The notes beneath the pieces were generated by a model. The model was not told the origin of the DNA, did no database searches, and worked only from the letters and a program-made list of their open reading frames with translations. A DNA stretch of 64,000 bases from Phoronis australis (taxonomy: Eukaryota > Animalia > Phoronida), in the NCBI GenBank assembly GCA_002633005.1, contig NMRA01000087.1, positions 310,001-374,000 of the forward strand. The letters are read 5' to 3'. Positions 52,601 to 62,569 of the stretch are shown piece by piece (the first letter of the stretch is position 1; each line of letters opens with the position of its first letter). Position numbers and translations under genes: made by a program.

Positions 52601-53471
52601 TGAATAGGCCATTAAAGACTTTAATCTACTTCCAATCAGAAAAAATCATAAGACAAAATGTTAGCCTCATTATAAAGTATTCTTCATAAGAGTACAGTGG
52701 TTCCCAATTTAAGTTCCTCTACTACAGGTACGGTATTGAGATTATGTAATCATCATTTTCTGGTTCAGTATTTGTGTATCTACCAAAGGGATGGTAGGAA
52801 ATTTAAGCTGACAAAGTAAAGTCCTCCCAAACTTTGGTAAGCAGCAATATAATAGTCTTCAATTTTAAAATTTTGTTTAAATAACTTGTAAATAGCATTT
52901 TTTATTAGTCCGGTCTGTACGCCACCTGTCGGCCACATCACATCTATATTTCCACAGTTTGAGATTCACATATTCATGTAAATAACATGCTATTTCTCAA
53001 TTTTGTCCTAAAGCAAGTGTGCAGTGCCTGTAGTTATTTAGTTTACTTTACTTTACATTATGATAAATGTTCATTACTACGGTACTGAGGCAAGTTTTCA
53101 AAACATGTTCCATATTCATTCAACCTTTGAAAACATACTCATTTTTAATTACTTGTAATGAATTTTACTTTTTCGTTTCCCAGGAACGAAGATCTCTTAG
53201 GTCAGAAATGCTGCTTAAAGACTCCAATAGTGGTCCTCCCCCGGCCCTTCCTCCACGGTCTGCTGGAAGACCCCTTCCTGCTACGCCCGATGAAAGTAGC
53301 CCTGGTGCTGTGCCAAGACCAAGAAATATGTCTAGCACACCCTCTTTGCAAGAGTTTGCGAGCAATCAACGGTTTCAGAAGCAAAAAGATAGCATAGATG
53401 GTAACAGCTCAGAAGGGTCTATACCCGATTCCCCCCCACCTCCTCCACCCCGATCAGCTAACAGGCCTTAG
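22677..53471 (+). CDS. PIK3AP1: BCAP/PIK3AP1-like (Dof/BCAP/BANK family) adaptor: TIR, TIG/DBB, ankyrin, YxxM region, coiled coil, Ser- and Pro-rich tail; about 845 aa
   Basis: 14 exons: 22677-22683, 30316-30968, 32339-32498, 35290-35571, 41819-42015, 43061-43214, 43620-43691, 44146-44223, 46657-46788, 47629-47780, 49075-49227, 50676-50784, 51385-51485, 53184-53471. All GT-AG and phase-consistent; 2538 nt. ELPTMLHFAAKFGL...CPGASWAFSIDNKYGDYPSSIAEKAGY is the BCAP/BANK1 ankyrin signature. It may be co-orthologous to PIK3AP1 and BANK1. Confidence 0.88.
23570..26002. repeat. Near-identical 1.2-kb direct duplication joined by a single N (probable haplotype/assembly overlap)
   Basis: 23570-24798 vs 24800-26002; scattered SNPs and one 26-bp indel; N at 24799. 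Confidence 0.9.
25882..26080. mobile_element. Palindromic foldback/MITE-like element (about 80-bp arms, about 37-bp loop)
   Basis: 25882-25962 is an imperfect reverse complement of 26000-26080. Confidence 0.8.
28707..28724 (+). CDS. Candidate frame-preserving 18/15-nt micro-exon in BCAP-like intron 1
   Basis: tactttgtcctatttcacag|CAGGAAATTCAGCGAAAG|gtaaat; phase 1-1; NAGNAG acceptor. Confidence 0.4.
30316..30968 (+). CDS. PIK3AP1: BCAP-like exon 2: TIR-like domain and linker
   Basis: ttttag|gc...atg|gtaagt; DLGILFADDVEGWKTYF...SRCLLFLVSPQF resembles the BCAP TIR domain. Confidence 0.85.
32016..32109. repeat. 45-bp tandem duplication
   Basis: aactatgcgttgtg(c/t)tgtgtttgcaatacctaatgtctgtgataa x2. 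Confidence 0.9.
32339..32498 (+). CDS. PIK3AP1: BCAP-like exon 3 (TIG/DBB start)
   Basis: ccttcag|aac...aag g|gtaagt; NDKIVILMN...FTFVATVPK. Confidence 0.8.
35290..35571 (+). CDS. PIK3AP1: BCAP-like exon 4 (DBB)
   Basis: ttttcag|ac...atg c|gtaagt; TPLQLMADVLGV...VDKALCDML resembles the DBB C-terminal helices. Confidence 0.85.
40004..40160 (+). mobile_element. Degenerate DNA-transposon end (pogo/Tigger-like)
   Basis: TA-ctgtaaactctcag..taatgccc start followed by three taatc(g/a)cccacccc-like subterminal repeats; no matching right end found. Confidence 0.4.
41025..41571. mobile_element. MITE with about 60-bp TIRs and mirrored subterminal repeats
   Basis: agtgccaaagggttcttaagggagtacctttctgcacgttgaaatgtgcttaatcaa vs its reverse complement at 41511-41571; cttaatca repeats on the left, tgattaag repeats on the right. 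Confidence 0.85.
41819..42015 (+). CDS. PIK3AP1: BCAP-like exon 5 (ankyrin repeats)
   Basis: atcgcag|aa...ctg|gtaaga; ELPTMLHFAAKFGL. Confidence 0.92.
43061..43214 (+). CDS. PIK3AP1: BCAP-like exon 6 (YANM)
   Basis: ttttag|gaa...aat g|gtaagc; EEVYANM, YTN. Confidence 0.8.
43620..43691 (+). CDS. PIK3AP1: BCAP-like exon 7 (YMTM); alternative in-frame acceptor at 43614
   Basis: tag tttcag|gt...cag g|gtatgt; EEGDYMTM. Confidence 0.78.
44146..44223 (+). CDS. PIK3AP1: BCAP-like exon 8
   Basis: tttttag|gc...cca g|gtaaaa; GLYLDVENIEPRP. Confidence 0.72.
45531..45628. mobile_element. Short hairpin repeat, copy 2 (inverted relative to 13415-13518)
   Basis: agaaccagt...actggttctcaaaatg arms; loop is the reverse complement of the copy-1 loop. 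Confidence 0.65.
46657..46788 (+). CDS. PIK3AP1: BCAP-like exon 9
   Basis: tttacag|ag...aaa c|gtaagt; Pro-rich. Confidence 0.75.
46870..47030 (-). mobile_element. Possible tRNA-derived SINE remnant
   Basis: Minus-strand B-box-like GGGTTTGAATCC at 46990-47001 in a GC-richer patch; no clear A box or cloverleaf. Confidence 0.3.
47629..47780 (+). CDS. PIK3AP1: BCAP-like exon 10 (coiled-coil region)
   Basis: ttgtag|ca...aag|gttagc; EQSLLDINKGVASGEYTQDEALSLFR resembles the BCAP coiled-coil segment. Confidence 0.8.
48129..48325. repeat. 24-bp minisatellite: 7 perfect copies plus 1 degenerate
   Basis: (ctggtcagtaacaattcaagctta)7 at 48155-48322; no spacers. Confidence 0.95.
49075..49227 (+). CDS. 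PIK3AP1: BCAP-like exon 11 (YSQM, basic patch)
   Basis: ttgtag|aaa...ggg|gtaagt; KQIDDIRSQYSQM...GIFSRLFKMKKRKP. Confidence 0.78.
50676..50784 (+). CDS. PIK3AP1: BCAP-like exon 12
   Basis: ctgtcag|aag...gca a|gtaagt; phase 0-1 fits neighbours. Confidence 0.72.
51385..51485 (+). CDS. PIK3AP1: BCAP-like exon 13 (Ser-rich)
   Basis: cttacag|gt...gat|gtaagt; SSNGSRSSTLSSCSGGGRDSG. Confidence 0.8.
51586..51942. repeat. 66-bp duplication around an N (probable assembly overlap)
   Basis: 51586-51651 equals 51877-51942; N at 51652. Confidence 0.85.
53184..53471 (+). CDS. PIK3AP1: BCAP-like exon 14 (Pro-rich C-terminus)
   Basis: ttcccag|gaa; PPALPPR and PPPPPPR SH3-type motifs; TAG at 53469-53471. 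Confidence 0.85.
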   Translation, partial: ERRSLRSEMLLKDSNSGPPPALPPRSAGRPLPATPDESSPGAVPRPRNMSSTPSLQEFASNQRFQKQKDSIDGNSSEGSIPDSPPPPPPRSANRP

Positions 53472-53864
53472 AGGGCCGTAATAACTCGAGTGCAAGTTGA
53501 GACAATGGAAGCCGATCAAGGTAATTTACAGTTGTTTGCCACGATGACTTCTGCAGAACTTGTTGTCTTTTGGATACACTGTGTTAATTGTAAGGTTTTG
53601 GAATCCTAGGCCTTATAAATTTATTTATAAACAGTCAATACAAGCTGTTTAGGAAAAAAATTGTATTTCTGTGTAGTCACAGTCACACTCTTAACTTTGG
53701 CTTGAAACAAGTCCAGCCCAATGCATTGTTAAAACTTTGGGATTTTATTTGAAGCATACTTTCCAAGTATTGTAGCTTTGAAGTGAATTAGTCAGTGATG
53801 TAGGTTTCATCTGGGGTCTTTCAATAGTTCATGAAACGCAATGTTTCAATTTTTAGGCAATCTT

Positions 53865-54017
53865 TGTTTGACATGCCTTGTATCATGTAGGGCCATCGAG
53901 AACAGTACAGGGTCTGTTCGACATGCCTTGCATCATGTAGGGCCAATGAGAACAGTCCAGGGTCTGTTTGACATGCCTTGTATTATGTAGGGCCAATGAG
54001 AACTATACAGGGTCTGT
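53865..54017. repeat. 50-bp tandem repeat x3 in putative BCAP 3' UTR
   Basis: tgtttgacatgccttgtatcatgtagggccaatgagaacagtacagggtc-like units at 53865, 53915, 53965. Confidence 0.93.
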
Positions 54018-54319
54018 CTCATGAATAGTAACTTTAAGACTTAAGTTACAAATTTAGTCATAAACTCCCATTCTACAATTACTGCTTAAAGATTTTTAAT
54101 TGGTTATTAGCACTTAAGTGTCCAGTAAAGTTTATACAAATTATTTCTCAAGTTAGTAGTCATGGTTGTATTCTCAGACTCTTTGAACTTCTGCTGAAGT
54201 GGGATTTAATCGCTTTCCAAAGTAATTGTGTGAAGCATAAAACCAAATTTCTGACTTAAGTCTTCAGTCACTTTTCAGAATGCAGCTCTTGGACATTTCT
54301 GCTCAAAATGATCCTTATT

Positions 54320-54412
54320 TGTGTTGGAGACAGCTCACTGGCACTGATCTGTGCTGGAGACAGCTCACTGGCAGTGACCTGTGTTGGAGACAGCTCACTG
54401 GCAGTGACCTGT
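54320..54412. repeat. 30-bp tandem repeat x3 in putative BCAP 3' UTR
   Basis: tgtgttggagacagctcactggcagtgacc-like units. Confidence 0.93.
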
Positions 54413-57400
54413 CTTCTTATGATGGGCTTTTGTCATTAGATGGCTATTGGCAATCACTTAATTAGGTATTCTATGCAACAGTTATTGATGAGTTTCACAG
54501 TTTTAATTTTAAGTTTCAACAAATTTTCCTGAATGTGACCAAACTTGAATTTATGTATTTTTGTATTATTTTATTACTCAATTTTATGTAAAAGTGTTGA
54601 TTATTGTTGTAAGTGTTGTACTTAAAAACAGTTTTAGTTATTTATTTTTAGATGTCTTGCTTTGTAAAAAGTCATTAGCGATTACAGAGGTTTGAAAAGA
54701 TGACCACAATCACAAAACACTTCGGATTTTCCAATTACCAAGAAATGGTTTTATTGGGACCTATAGCATTTTTCTTAATCCAGAAGCCTCGAAATGTGAA
54801 GTGTAGTAGTTATGGATAATCCAGAGTTAACATATTTTTCAAACGATAATAAACATATTTGTTCATACCTGCACAGACTCTCTTACTTTGTTTAATGCTT
54901 CACAGAATATGGTAAAATGTAGTTAACCCAAACCACCTTTAATGTTTTAAAAAGTTTTGTGAGTGCTCACAATCATTCAAAATATCCCCTAATGGTGGCT
55001 ATCACAGAACTTGAACAGGTTAAGGCATTAAGTCGATGCTTTGTATTTTATATGAAAAAATGATAAAGTAAAATTTCATCATATTGTGTGTTAAATTGAC
55101 GAGGTTTTAACCGTAAGCCACTTTTGTTCAAATTCCTCACAGTGTTCACTAAAAAAATGTGCAATAGGTGTATTAATTGATGTCTGACTTTAGGCACGAG
55201 TTGTATTGGAAAATCATTGCCTTCCAGCCTGTTGTGTTTGGTGCCTTAACCTAGAGCAGAAATTTTCTCTTTTTTTAAATTAGAGTCTACTAAGGCATTT
55301 TCCCAACTTTTGTGCCCTGAAAACAAATGTACTAGGTATTCATAGACTGAGAACATCACCTTTAGTCCCCACACTTCAGTAGTCGTTTCCTGGTACTCAT
55401 ATTTCTGGGTGATTTTGTGAACAATTTTGAGACACTCTGTATATACAGATGTAATTATTTTGTAAATATCTCTTAAAAGGCTTGAAAACATGTATTACAG
55501 GGTGAAATAAATGTGCTTGATGTGAGTTACCGTGAGAGATTAAATGTTGAATATTTTTACAATAATAAGTGAAATTCCAAAGCTGTCTAGACTGACGAAT
55601 ATTGTTCATAATGCAATTAAATCTTGCATAATCAATATTGAGTGATTGATGGTCATTGGCATAATGTCAATGTTTTTGGAGTGTCCTTGAACAAAACTTA
55701 TATTTCAGTCTGTGTTTTATCAAAAGCAGCTTGAAATGTTTTCTCGTTGAAATTTGCTGTTGTTGAACTGATACCGGCTTCAGGATTTATGTGGCATTGC
55801 TATGTACATGATGGTTTTTTGTCATTTTTATGGATTTATATTATATTTACCCATGCTTGTTTCAATTAGGATGGCACAGAATATATCTTTGAGCTTTATT
55901 TTTTCATTTAAGTCAGATCCTATTTATTCTGATGTTGATTTGTTTGTTTATTTTGTTCTAGTTTTTATTGCATATTATTACTCAGCCATTGATGCTTCTA
56001 CCCTCTATTTGGCTAAAACATGGTACATCTTCCGCTGTACATCCTCTGCTATAGCGTAGTACCGACCAACTTAGTGTAAAATATCACTTTTCAGTCATAC
56101 TGCACCGACATCAATATATCCTTATTTGCGATCTGACCAATTGAACTTGAAGGATGCAGAAACCACAAAGCCATGATCTTGATATCATTAAATCATAAAG
56201 GGCAAGAACAATTTGCAAGAAGCATCAATGGTTATGTAACAATTTTTAGACTGGACACTCAGTGGTACTGGGTCATATGGACCTTGAGAGACCAATATTG
56301 GCTTCACGAAATGTTGCTCACCCTCAACCTACATGACATGATGTCACCCAGGTGATCCGTTCATAGTTTTATGAATACAAATTAATTTTTAAAGAACAAA
56401 CGATTCATGAAAGTTGTTGGTGATAATACATGTAAGTCGATTTTGCTCAGAGTTTGGATGTATTCTTTCTATCATTTCTACATGTACTTTCTTAATGGAC
56501 CAAGGTGTTGTGTTTTGAAAATTGAGACACTGTATATGAAGATTAAGATGTACAGTTCTTATTTCTGTCTTTTTCATTAAAGTATATGGTTTTGACTTTT
56601 GTTGCCTTATTACTGCAATCATTAAAATGCATTGGATGATATTTAGAGTTGCAATTATAGTGCGTAGTCTTCTCAGCGCCTCCTTGTCAACCTTTTGGCC
56701 AACGTTAAATGAGTGGTTGTAATAATATGCTGAGTTTCAACAAAGCTACCCCGTGTATACGACGGGGATCAAGTTAAGACTTGCAGTTCAGAGTGGACTG
56801 GGCCTGAGAACTCTTGAGGACATGGGTGGTCATATGTTAATTAAGTTTATGTTAATGTAAAAATTAAGTCAAGGATTGTAAAGTACCTTAGAGACCGATA
56901 ATACCAGTCATGTTTTGTTTCACGGACTATAAAATTAACAAGGAGCAATTGATATAGGAGTACATGTAGGTTCCTTCAGCAGTAACTTGCACAGACATTA
57001 TCTGGGAAGATTGTTATATACAAGAATGACACAACACTTCACTTTGTAGTGTACACAAGTCAATTAAGTCGCCACATTGTGTTGCTTAGGCAAGTAACAC
57101 GAGAGAGGTTGGAACATGTCAACAAAGGAACAGCAGTGGCAATGCACCCGCGTTTTTTGTTGTTCAAACAATGACAAGGCTCAAATGAAACGACTCTTGA
57201 AAGTCCAAGCGTTTTGCAAGTGCCTATTTTAGTCCCAACGGGGTAAGAAGCAAGCCGTTTAAGTAAGTCAAAACTAGTATCCGTGAGCTCCATTTTGATC
57301 ACAAAATAAACTAAGAAACCAGAACACGTCTCAAAACTAAATCAAAACATTCCGACTTCGTCACTGAGTGAAGCTGATGTTCCAAGTCTTTGTAACCGCC

Positions 57401-57749
57401 ACTGTAGAGCTCAATATTCCTTAAAAAGCAATAGTTAGTAGGTAATATGAAACTGTTAGTTTTTGTTTAATTTGCCTTTCTTGTAATTTCGAGTGCATGT
57501 TATTAAAGTACTCGCATTTCTTGTGAAAAGAGTTATTTTGTTTGACAGGAACTTATTGCCGGCAAGCACTACCGATTCCTAATAATAACATTGCAACCAA
57601 TTTGGTTAACTTCCTCTCAATACCAGATTGACCACGAGACTTCTTTTAACCATATATTTCAATTAGAGACGATACGAACACAATTATAAATCATCAGTTT
57701 ACTCCGGGTTAAACATTATGTACACTGAGATAGCAATGTGTAAAAGTTC

Positions 57750-57835
57750 ATAATAATAGTAATAATGGTAACAATAAAGATAATGATACTGATAATAGTA
57801 ATAACAGTAGTGACTGAAGATAATAACAATAACTA
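57750..57835. repeat. Degenerate (TAA)n microsatellite
   Basis: taataatagtaataatggtaacaataaagataatgat... Confidence 0.7.
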
Positions 57836-59795
57836 TATGCTACTACCACTTAATGCGCGTATTTAAGTCCATGCTCCTGTGCCTGAAATAAGATTTTTCA
57901 AATAAAAATTGGTCAATTAAGAGTTCAACACATAGGCCCATGCGATCAAATTTCGATAACACGTGTAGGTGGGTGTCCTGTGTACAGGCCCATACCTTTT
58001 TGTGTATATAGGCACACGCATTTTCCCCCCTACAAAAGCGCACAATCTTAATCAGGTGCGGCACATTTTTGCGCGAGTTGGTGTGACAACAAATTCCCCG
58101 TTTTGGCTGGTTCCCTGTAGTGTTGTGTAACTTGCAGCAATAATAGGTGAGTGTATATAGTTAGTGCAAAGTTGGTTTGAATGTTTACTTGTTTCTAAAG
58201 AATGATCAGTGGTACATTTTACTGAACGAGACCTGAATAATGTACAATTATGTTTTAGAAGGAAGTTAAAAAAATTTTTAACAGTCTTGAACCGTGTAAT
58301 TAAACTCTTCAGTAAAATTAGTACCGAAAATACAAACAGTTTTTAACTTAAAAACAAGCCAAGCGTCTAAGGATATTGAAAGATTTTAAACTTGCTAACT
58401 CAATACAGTTAAATAAACATACAAGCAATACGTCTAGGCGTATTACGCGAGCCAAAATATCGTTCTCAAGATTGTTCACTACAAAGCCAAGTAGGTGAGA
58501 ATATTTAAAAAATAAATGGGATGCGCCTATCATTTTCAAGCATGGTTTCATTCGAATGGTTTCTTTATTGGCGGATTTAAGCGCAGCACCGATTTTAGGC
58601 GCATGAGTCTAAATACGCTCGTGTATTATATAAATATATCTGGCAAGGTTAAACACAACATTTACAAAATGTACGTCAAGGGAAACTAAATTACACTAGT
58701 CTCAACAAAAGAAACGACTATTGATTATAGTGAATACTCGCTACTGTAGCGTACACGAAACTTGATACTGTTTTAATAAGCTACATTTTCTGCAAACAAC
58801 AAAGACTGCAATCCATAGGTATGTGTGGGACTTCTTTAATTACCAAGAACGTTTACAATCTCGTTGTTACTGAGAAGGGCTTGTATGAGGTCAGCTCTCT
58901 CATTAGCATTCATTGAGCATTGACAGGAAAATGAAAGATGTGGAGCGCGAAATCGTATTTTGAAAGTTGTCGTTGAAAAATCCAGTACAGGTTTGTTGAG
59001 TTGGATTTCTCATGGACGTGGAATGCTTTGGTGGTTGGTGTTTGGTTAAGAAACGTATTGAGACTTGCCCTTCTTTCATTTTTGAAACTTGTGATTATTT
59101 GAGACAATTCATATCACCTGAAAACTTCTAAAAGATATTAGACTTCCTTACTTACTGTATGTCTAGGTCACTTTTCATGAAACATATCTCAGGGATCTTT
59201 CGTGTAAACATTATACGCTGCATAGCAATAATTGCAAAAGTGATTTCACCCGACTGCTGATGAACATTGCATATAATGTCGGGGAACAGTCATTGTCCAG
59301 CAAATATATAGCAATGTTTGGTGTGTCCGAAGGAGGGCACATACATTGTATCGTGGGAAAACTACGTAAAGTTGGAAATACTAATTCAAAGGTAAAGAAG
59401 AACTCAGAAAATTTTTAATGGGGCATTGTGCGTTGTGTTAAATGGAATCATCATTTTCACAGTCGAAAAACGAATTTTGAAGATTGTTGATGTTTGGGAC
59501 AGGCTTTTTGAAGTTATCGGCTTTGACCAGAGCTTTAAAACAGTAAAATGCGCTGTGTTTTTGTGACTTTATTACAATTCGTTAATTTTCGCCGATCTCT
59601 GCTAAACATTCACTGAAATCCAGACTGGTGACATTGACAGTTTTAAAAATACGCTCGATGTTCTCTCCCATTTATCTCAGTCTGAGAATTATTTAGCTCG
59701 TCTGCAGAGCATTTTGCTGCGCAGGCAAAAGTTTACTGTTCAAACCCTCCCTGGCGCTCATTAGACTGGTTACTTTTCTAGCCCATAATGCTAAT

Positions 59796-60734
59796 TCAAA
59801 TGAAGCCAATTTTGGGACGAAATAATTGCTCACGTTTTTTGACACTTGGGCCTCGATCTTTTTCGATTGTTTGCTCTACAGTCGCCACCTGTGCTCGCGG
59901 CACGCGGTGATCTACGCCAGCCTTCTTACCTTTACGCGACGCTTCTAGAATGTGACATTCGTAAAAGTCGAACAACTTGTTAAAATTGTTCCCGATGATT
60001 GCAACTGGCAAAGCTGTCAGTACTATTCCTGTCAACGCGCACACAGATCCAAGGACATAGCCTAAAAGCGAGCTTGGGTAGTAGTCACCATAGCCAACAG
60101 TCGTCATAGTAACGATGGCCCACCAACAAGCGATTGGCATATTAGCAAAGGTATCCTTTTGGTAAAACTCAGTCAAGAAAATTAAAGGCGCGTATGTCAG
60201 CATTCCCACCACCATAACGAAAACCATTAGCAGGAGAATCTTCCAGCTCTCGTAAAGGGAAAGAATTAATATCCGCATTAGAGGCAGCTGGTAAGAAAAT
60301 CCGACGATTCGAATCATTCGTAGAACGGTTACCGATGAGAGGAAAAGAAAAACAGGAATTACATATGAAGGCAGGTTAGCAAAGGGTATGTCTTCTATGA
60401 CATACCAACCCAGAAAGTTTAGCCAGTGCATCAACAAGCACGCTAAGTCCAACACGTTGAAAAACGTTTTGAAGAATCGCTTTTTACTTGGATGGACCAT
60501 GAAACGCACACACAATTCTGCGGTGAAAAATATTAAACAAGCTTTATCTGTAACATAAATCCCTTCTTTTGGAAATGATGTGACAAAAAGTACTAGCTTC
60601 GGATTGGACACGTTTGCCTTGATGTAACTAATATATTTTTCGTCTGTTGAGAACGTCCGAAATGCTTCGTCTGTAGATAGAATTGTCACGAAAACGCTGG
60701 CCAGGGTAAAAACCAGGTAAGAAAAGCCATACAC
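59796..60734 (-). CDS. Kv exon 2 (S1-S6, pore, C-terminal tail)
   Basis: TVGYGD selectivity filter; six hydrophobic segments. Confidence 0.95.
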   Translation of the reverse strand: MYGFSYLVFTLASVFVTILSTDEAFRTFSTDEKYISYIKANVSNPKLVLFVTSFPKEGIYVTDKACLIFFTAELCVRFMVHPSKKRFFKTFFNVLDLACLLMHWLNFLGWYVIEDIPFANLPSYVIPVFLFLSSVTVLRMIRIVGFSYQLPLMRILILSLYESWKILLLMVFVMVVGMLTYAPLIFLTEFYQKDTFANMPIACWWAIVTMTTVGYGDYYPSSLLGYVLGSVCALTGIVLTALPVAIIGNNFNKLFDFYECHILEASRKGKKAGVDHRVPRAQVATVEQTIEKDRGPSVKKREQLFRPKIGFI

Positions 60735-61909
60735 CTGAAAATAACATCACAAAATGACGTGACAGGTAAATCATAACCGTACTTTCAGCACCTATGACTG
60801 GTAGTAGTGGTCAGTGTTGGAAGTGAAGGCGATGGTCTTGGTAGTGGTGGGAGTAGTGGTCTTTATGGTGGTGGTGGGGTGCGCTGGTGGCGTTGGTGGT
60901 GGATGTGATTGAGATGCTGATGCTGATTGTCATGGTCGTGGTGACGTGTGCTAGGGGTGGAGATAATACATGGTGATGGAGACGGTAGTGACGTGTCATG
61001 GTGTTGATGGTCGTTGTGGTAGAAATTCTGGTCATGAAGGTACTGGTGGTTGTGGTGTACTATTGATTATGTAAGTGGCGAGGTTGATTGTCGGTACGTG
61101 GTCATGTACAATGTACGTGGTACCTGTGATCATGGCATAATCGTCGATCATTCTTATGGCAGAAAGCATATTGGACTGGTAGGCGCTGTTGAGTCTACTA
61201 CTAGTTGATTTATCTACAAGTCAAGGACGGGATTTATATGTAAGAAATGGCTTACAACAATATTTGTGGTGGTGATGGTGGTGATGCCAATATGTTTTAG
61301 TAAGCAAATTACTTAAAAGTAATGGGTGATAGTGCCTGAAAAATGTTGAGTTGCTGTGTAACTTACCATGCCCAGCGCCGACGACTGTGGATCTTCTGCT
61401 GCCGTCCACATTTTGTGTTTTGCCTTTGCGAATCGCGACGCACCTTCACCAAGACTGGCGTAAGAAAGATCTTTTGCAGCAAATTTTAATGCCATGACAT
61501 CTTTCCATTGCGTCAACTTTTCTGTTTTGCTGAGAATATCCCGGCAGCATTCCGATACCTCGTCCAGAGAGATTTCCCAGAACTCCAGCTCTCTTTTAAT
61601 TGTAGCCTCGCACATATTGTTCGGAATATGCAACTCACCGCTGCGATAGAACTCTAAAATATGTCGAAAAACGGTTGGGTTGCGATCGAAACAGTGTACT
61701 TTTCTTTTGGACGAACTGTAAACAAGTCTTGATAAACGTGTATTCGGATGACAGGACAACGTATTAGATGAAGTCTGAAACTTGACTCCCCCTACGTTCA
61801 GGGTTATGTCCAACCCATAGTCACCGATTTCATCGTCAGTTTCGTTTTCAATTGCCTTATCTTCATCAGTAATAACACATTCCTTATTAAAACATTGCAT
61901 TTTCCACAT
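59796..61909 (-). CDS. Divergent voltage-gated K+ channel subunit, Shaw/Kv3-like (493 aa, 2 exons)
   Basis: Exons 61909-61367 and 60734-59796 (atg|gtaagt ... tttcag|gtg, phase 0). T1/BTB domain with LNVGG, FDRNP and the HX5CX20CC Zn motif; S1-S6; pore WWAIVTMTTVGYGDYYP. In-frame stop upstream of the ATG. Confidence 0.92.
60800..61060. repeat. Degenerate (GGT)n low-complexity tract in Kv intron
   Basis: ggtggtggt/ggtagtggt runs; a second short run at about 61267-61286. Confidence 0.8.
61367..61909 (-). CDS. Kv exon 1 (T1 tetramerisation domain)
   Basis: ITLNVGGVKFQT...FDRNPTVFRHILEFYRSGELHIPNNMC...ECC. Confidence 0.92.
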
Positions 61910-62489
61910 ACACGTGTATTTTGCGTCTTCTCGGCTTTACAAAAGCACGAAGAATGCGGATTTTATTGAGAAGGAACCAACTGTAGCACCTGAAACTCAA
62001 TATTGTTTGCATATTACAAGATCGATATTACATTTCAAAAGACAAGTAGCGATTATCCCTCGAATTCCTTTTCAAAATCCAATATTCAAATTTATGGAAT
62101 ATTCATAATATTTGTTCAAGATCGTAACACCTTTTCACAAACACAATATTCGTATCAGTTTCACAGTTGAACGAAAATTGTTTTTATTTTTATAGTTAGC
62201 TCACAGGGGCTGTCAAATATTGCTATTCTTTTGACTACGTTTGCTTTGTCAATGCATAAGAATATGGCTTTGTTTTGTTGTTCTGTCAATTACACGTAAA
62301 CGGACATACGATGTTGAGTAAACATTATTAGGACAGCATGTTGTGCGGTGGGTAAAAAATGAAGGAACAATGAATACAATTAATGTAACGACGAAATAAA
62401 AATATAACAATTTCACGTTTCTATTTCAATACTGTCGAGGTACAAAATGCCCATAATTGTAACCGAGTTAGTTTCAGAAGGACAAGTGT

Positions 62490-62569
62490 GGGCTGAACGG
62501 TCTGGGCTGAACAGTCTGGGCTGAACGGTCTGGGCTGAACGGTCTGGGCTGAACGGTCTGGGCTGAACG
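62490..62569. repeat. 14-bp tandem repeat (gggctgaacggtct), about 5.7 copies, upstream of Kv
   Basis: Read directly. Confidence 0.93.

Noticed and set aside
60811-61409. His-rich ORFs inside the Kv intron
   Set aside because: Translation of GGT/CAC low-complexity sequence; the two Kv exons join in frame without them
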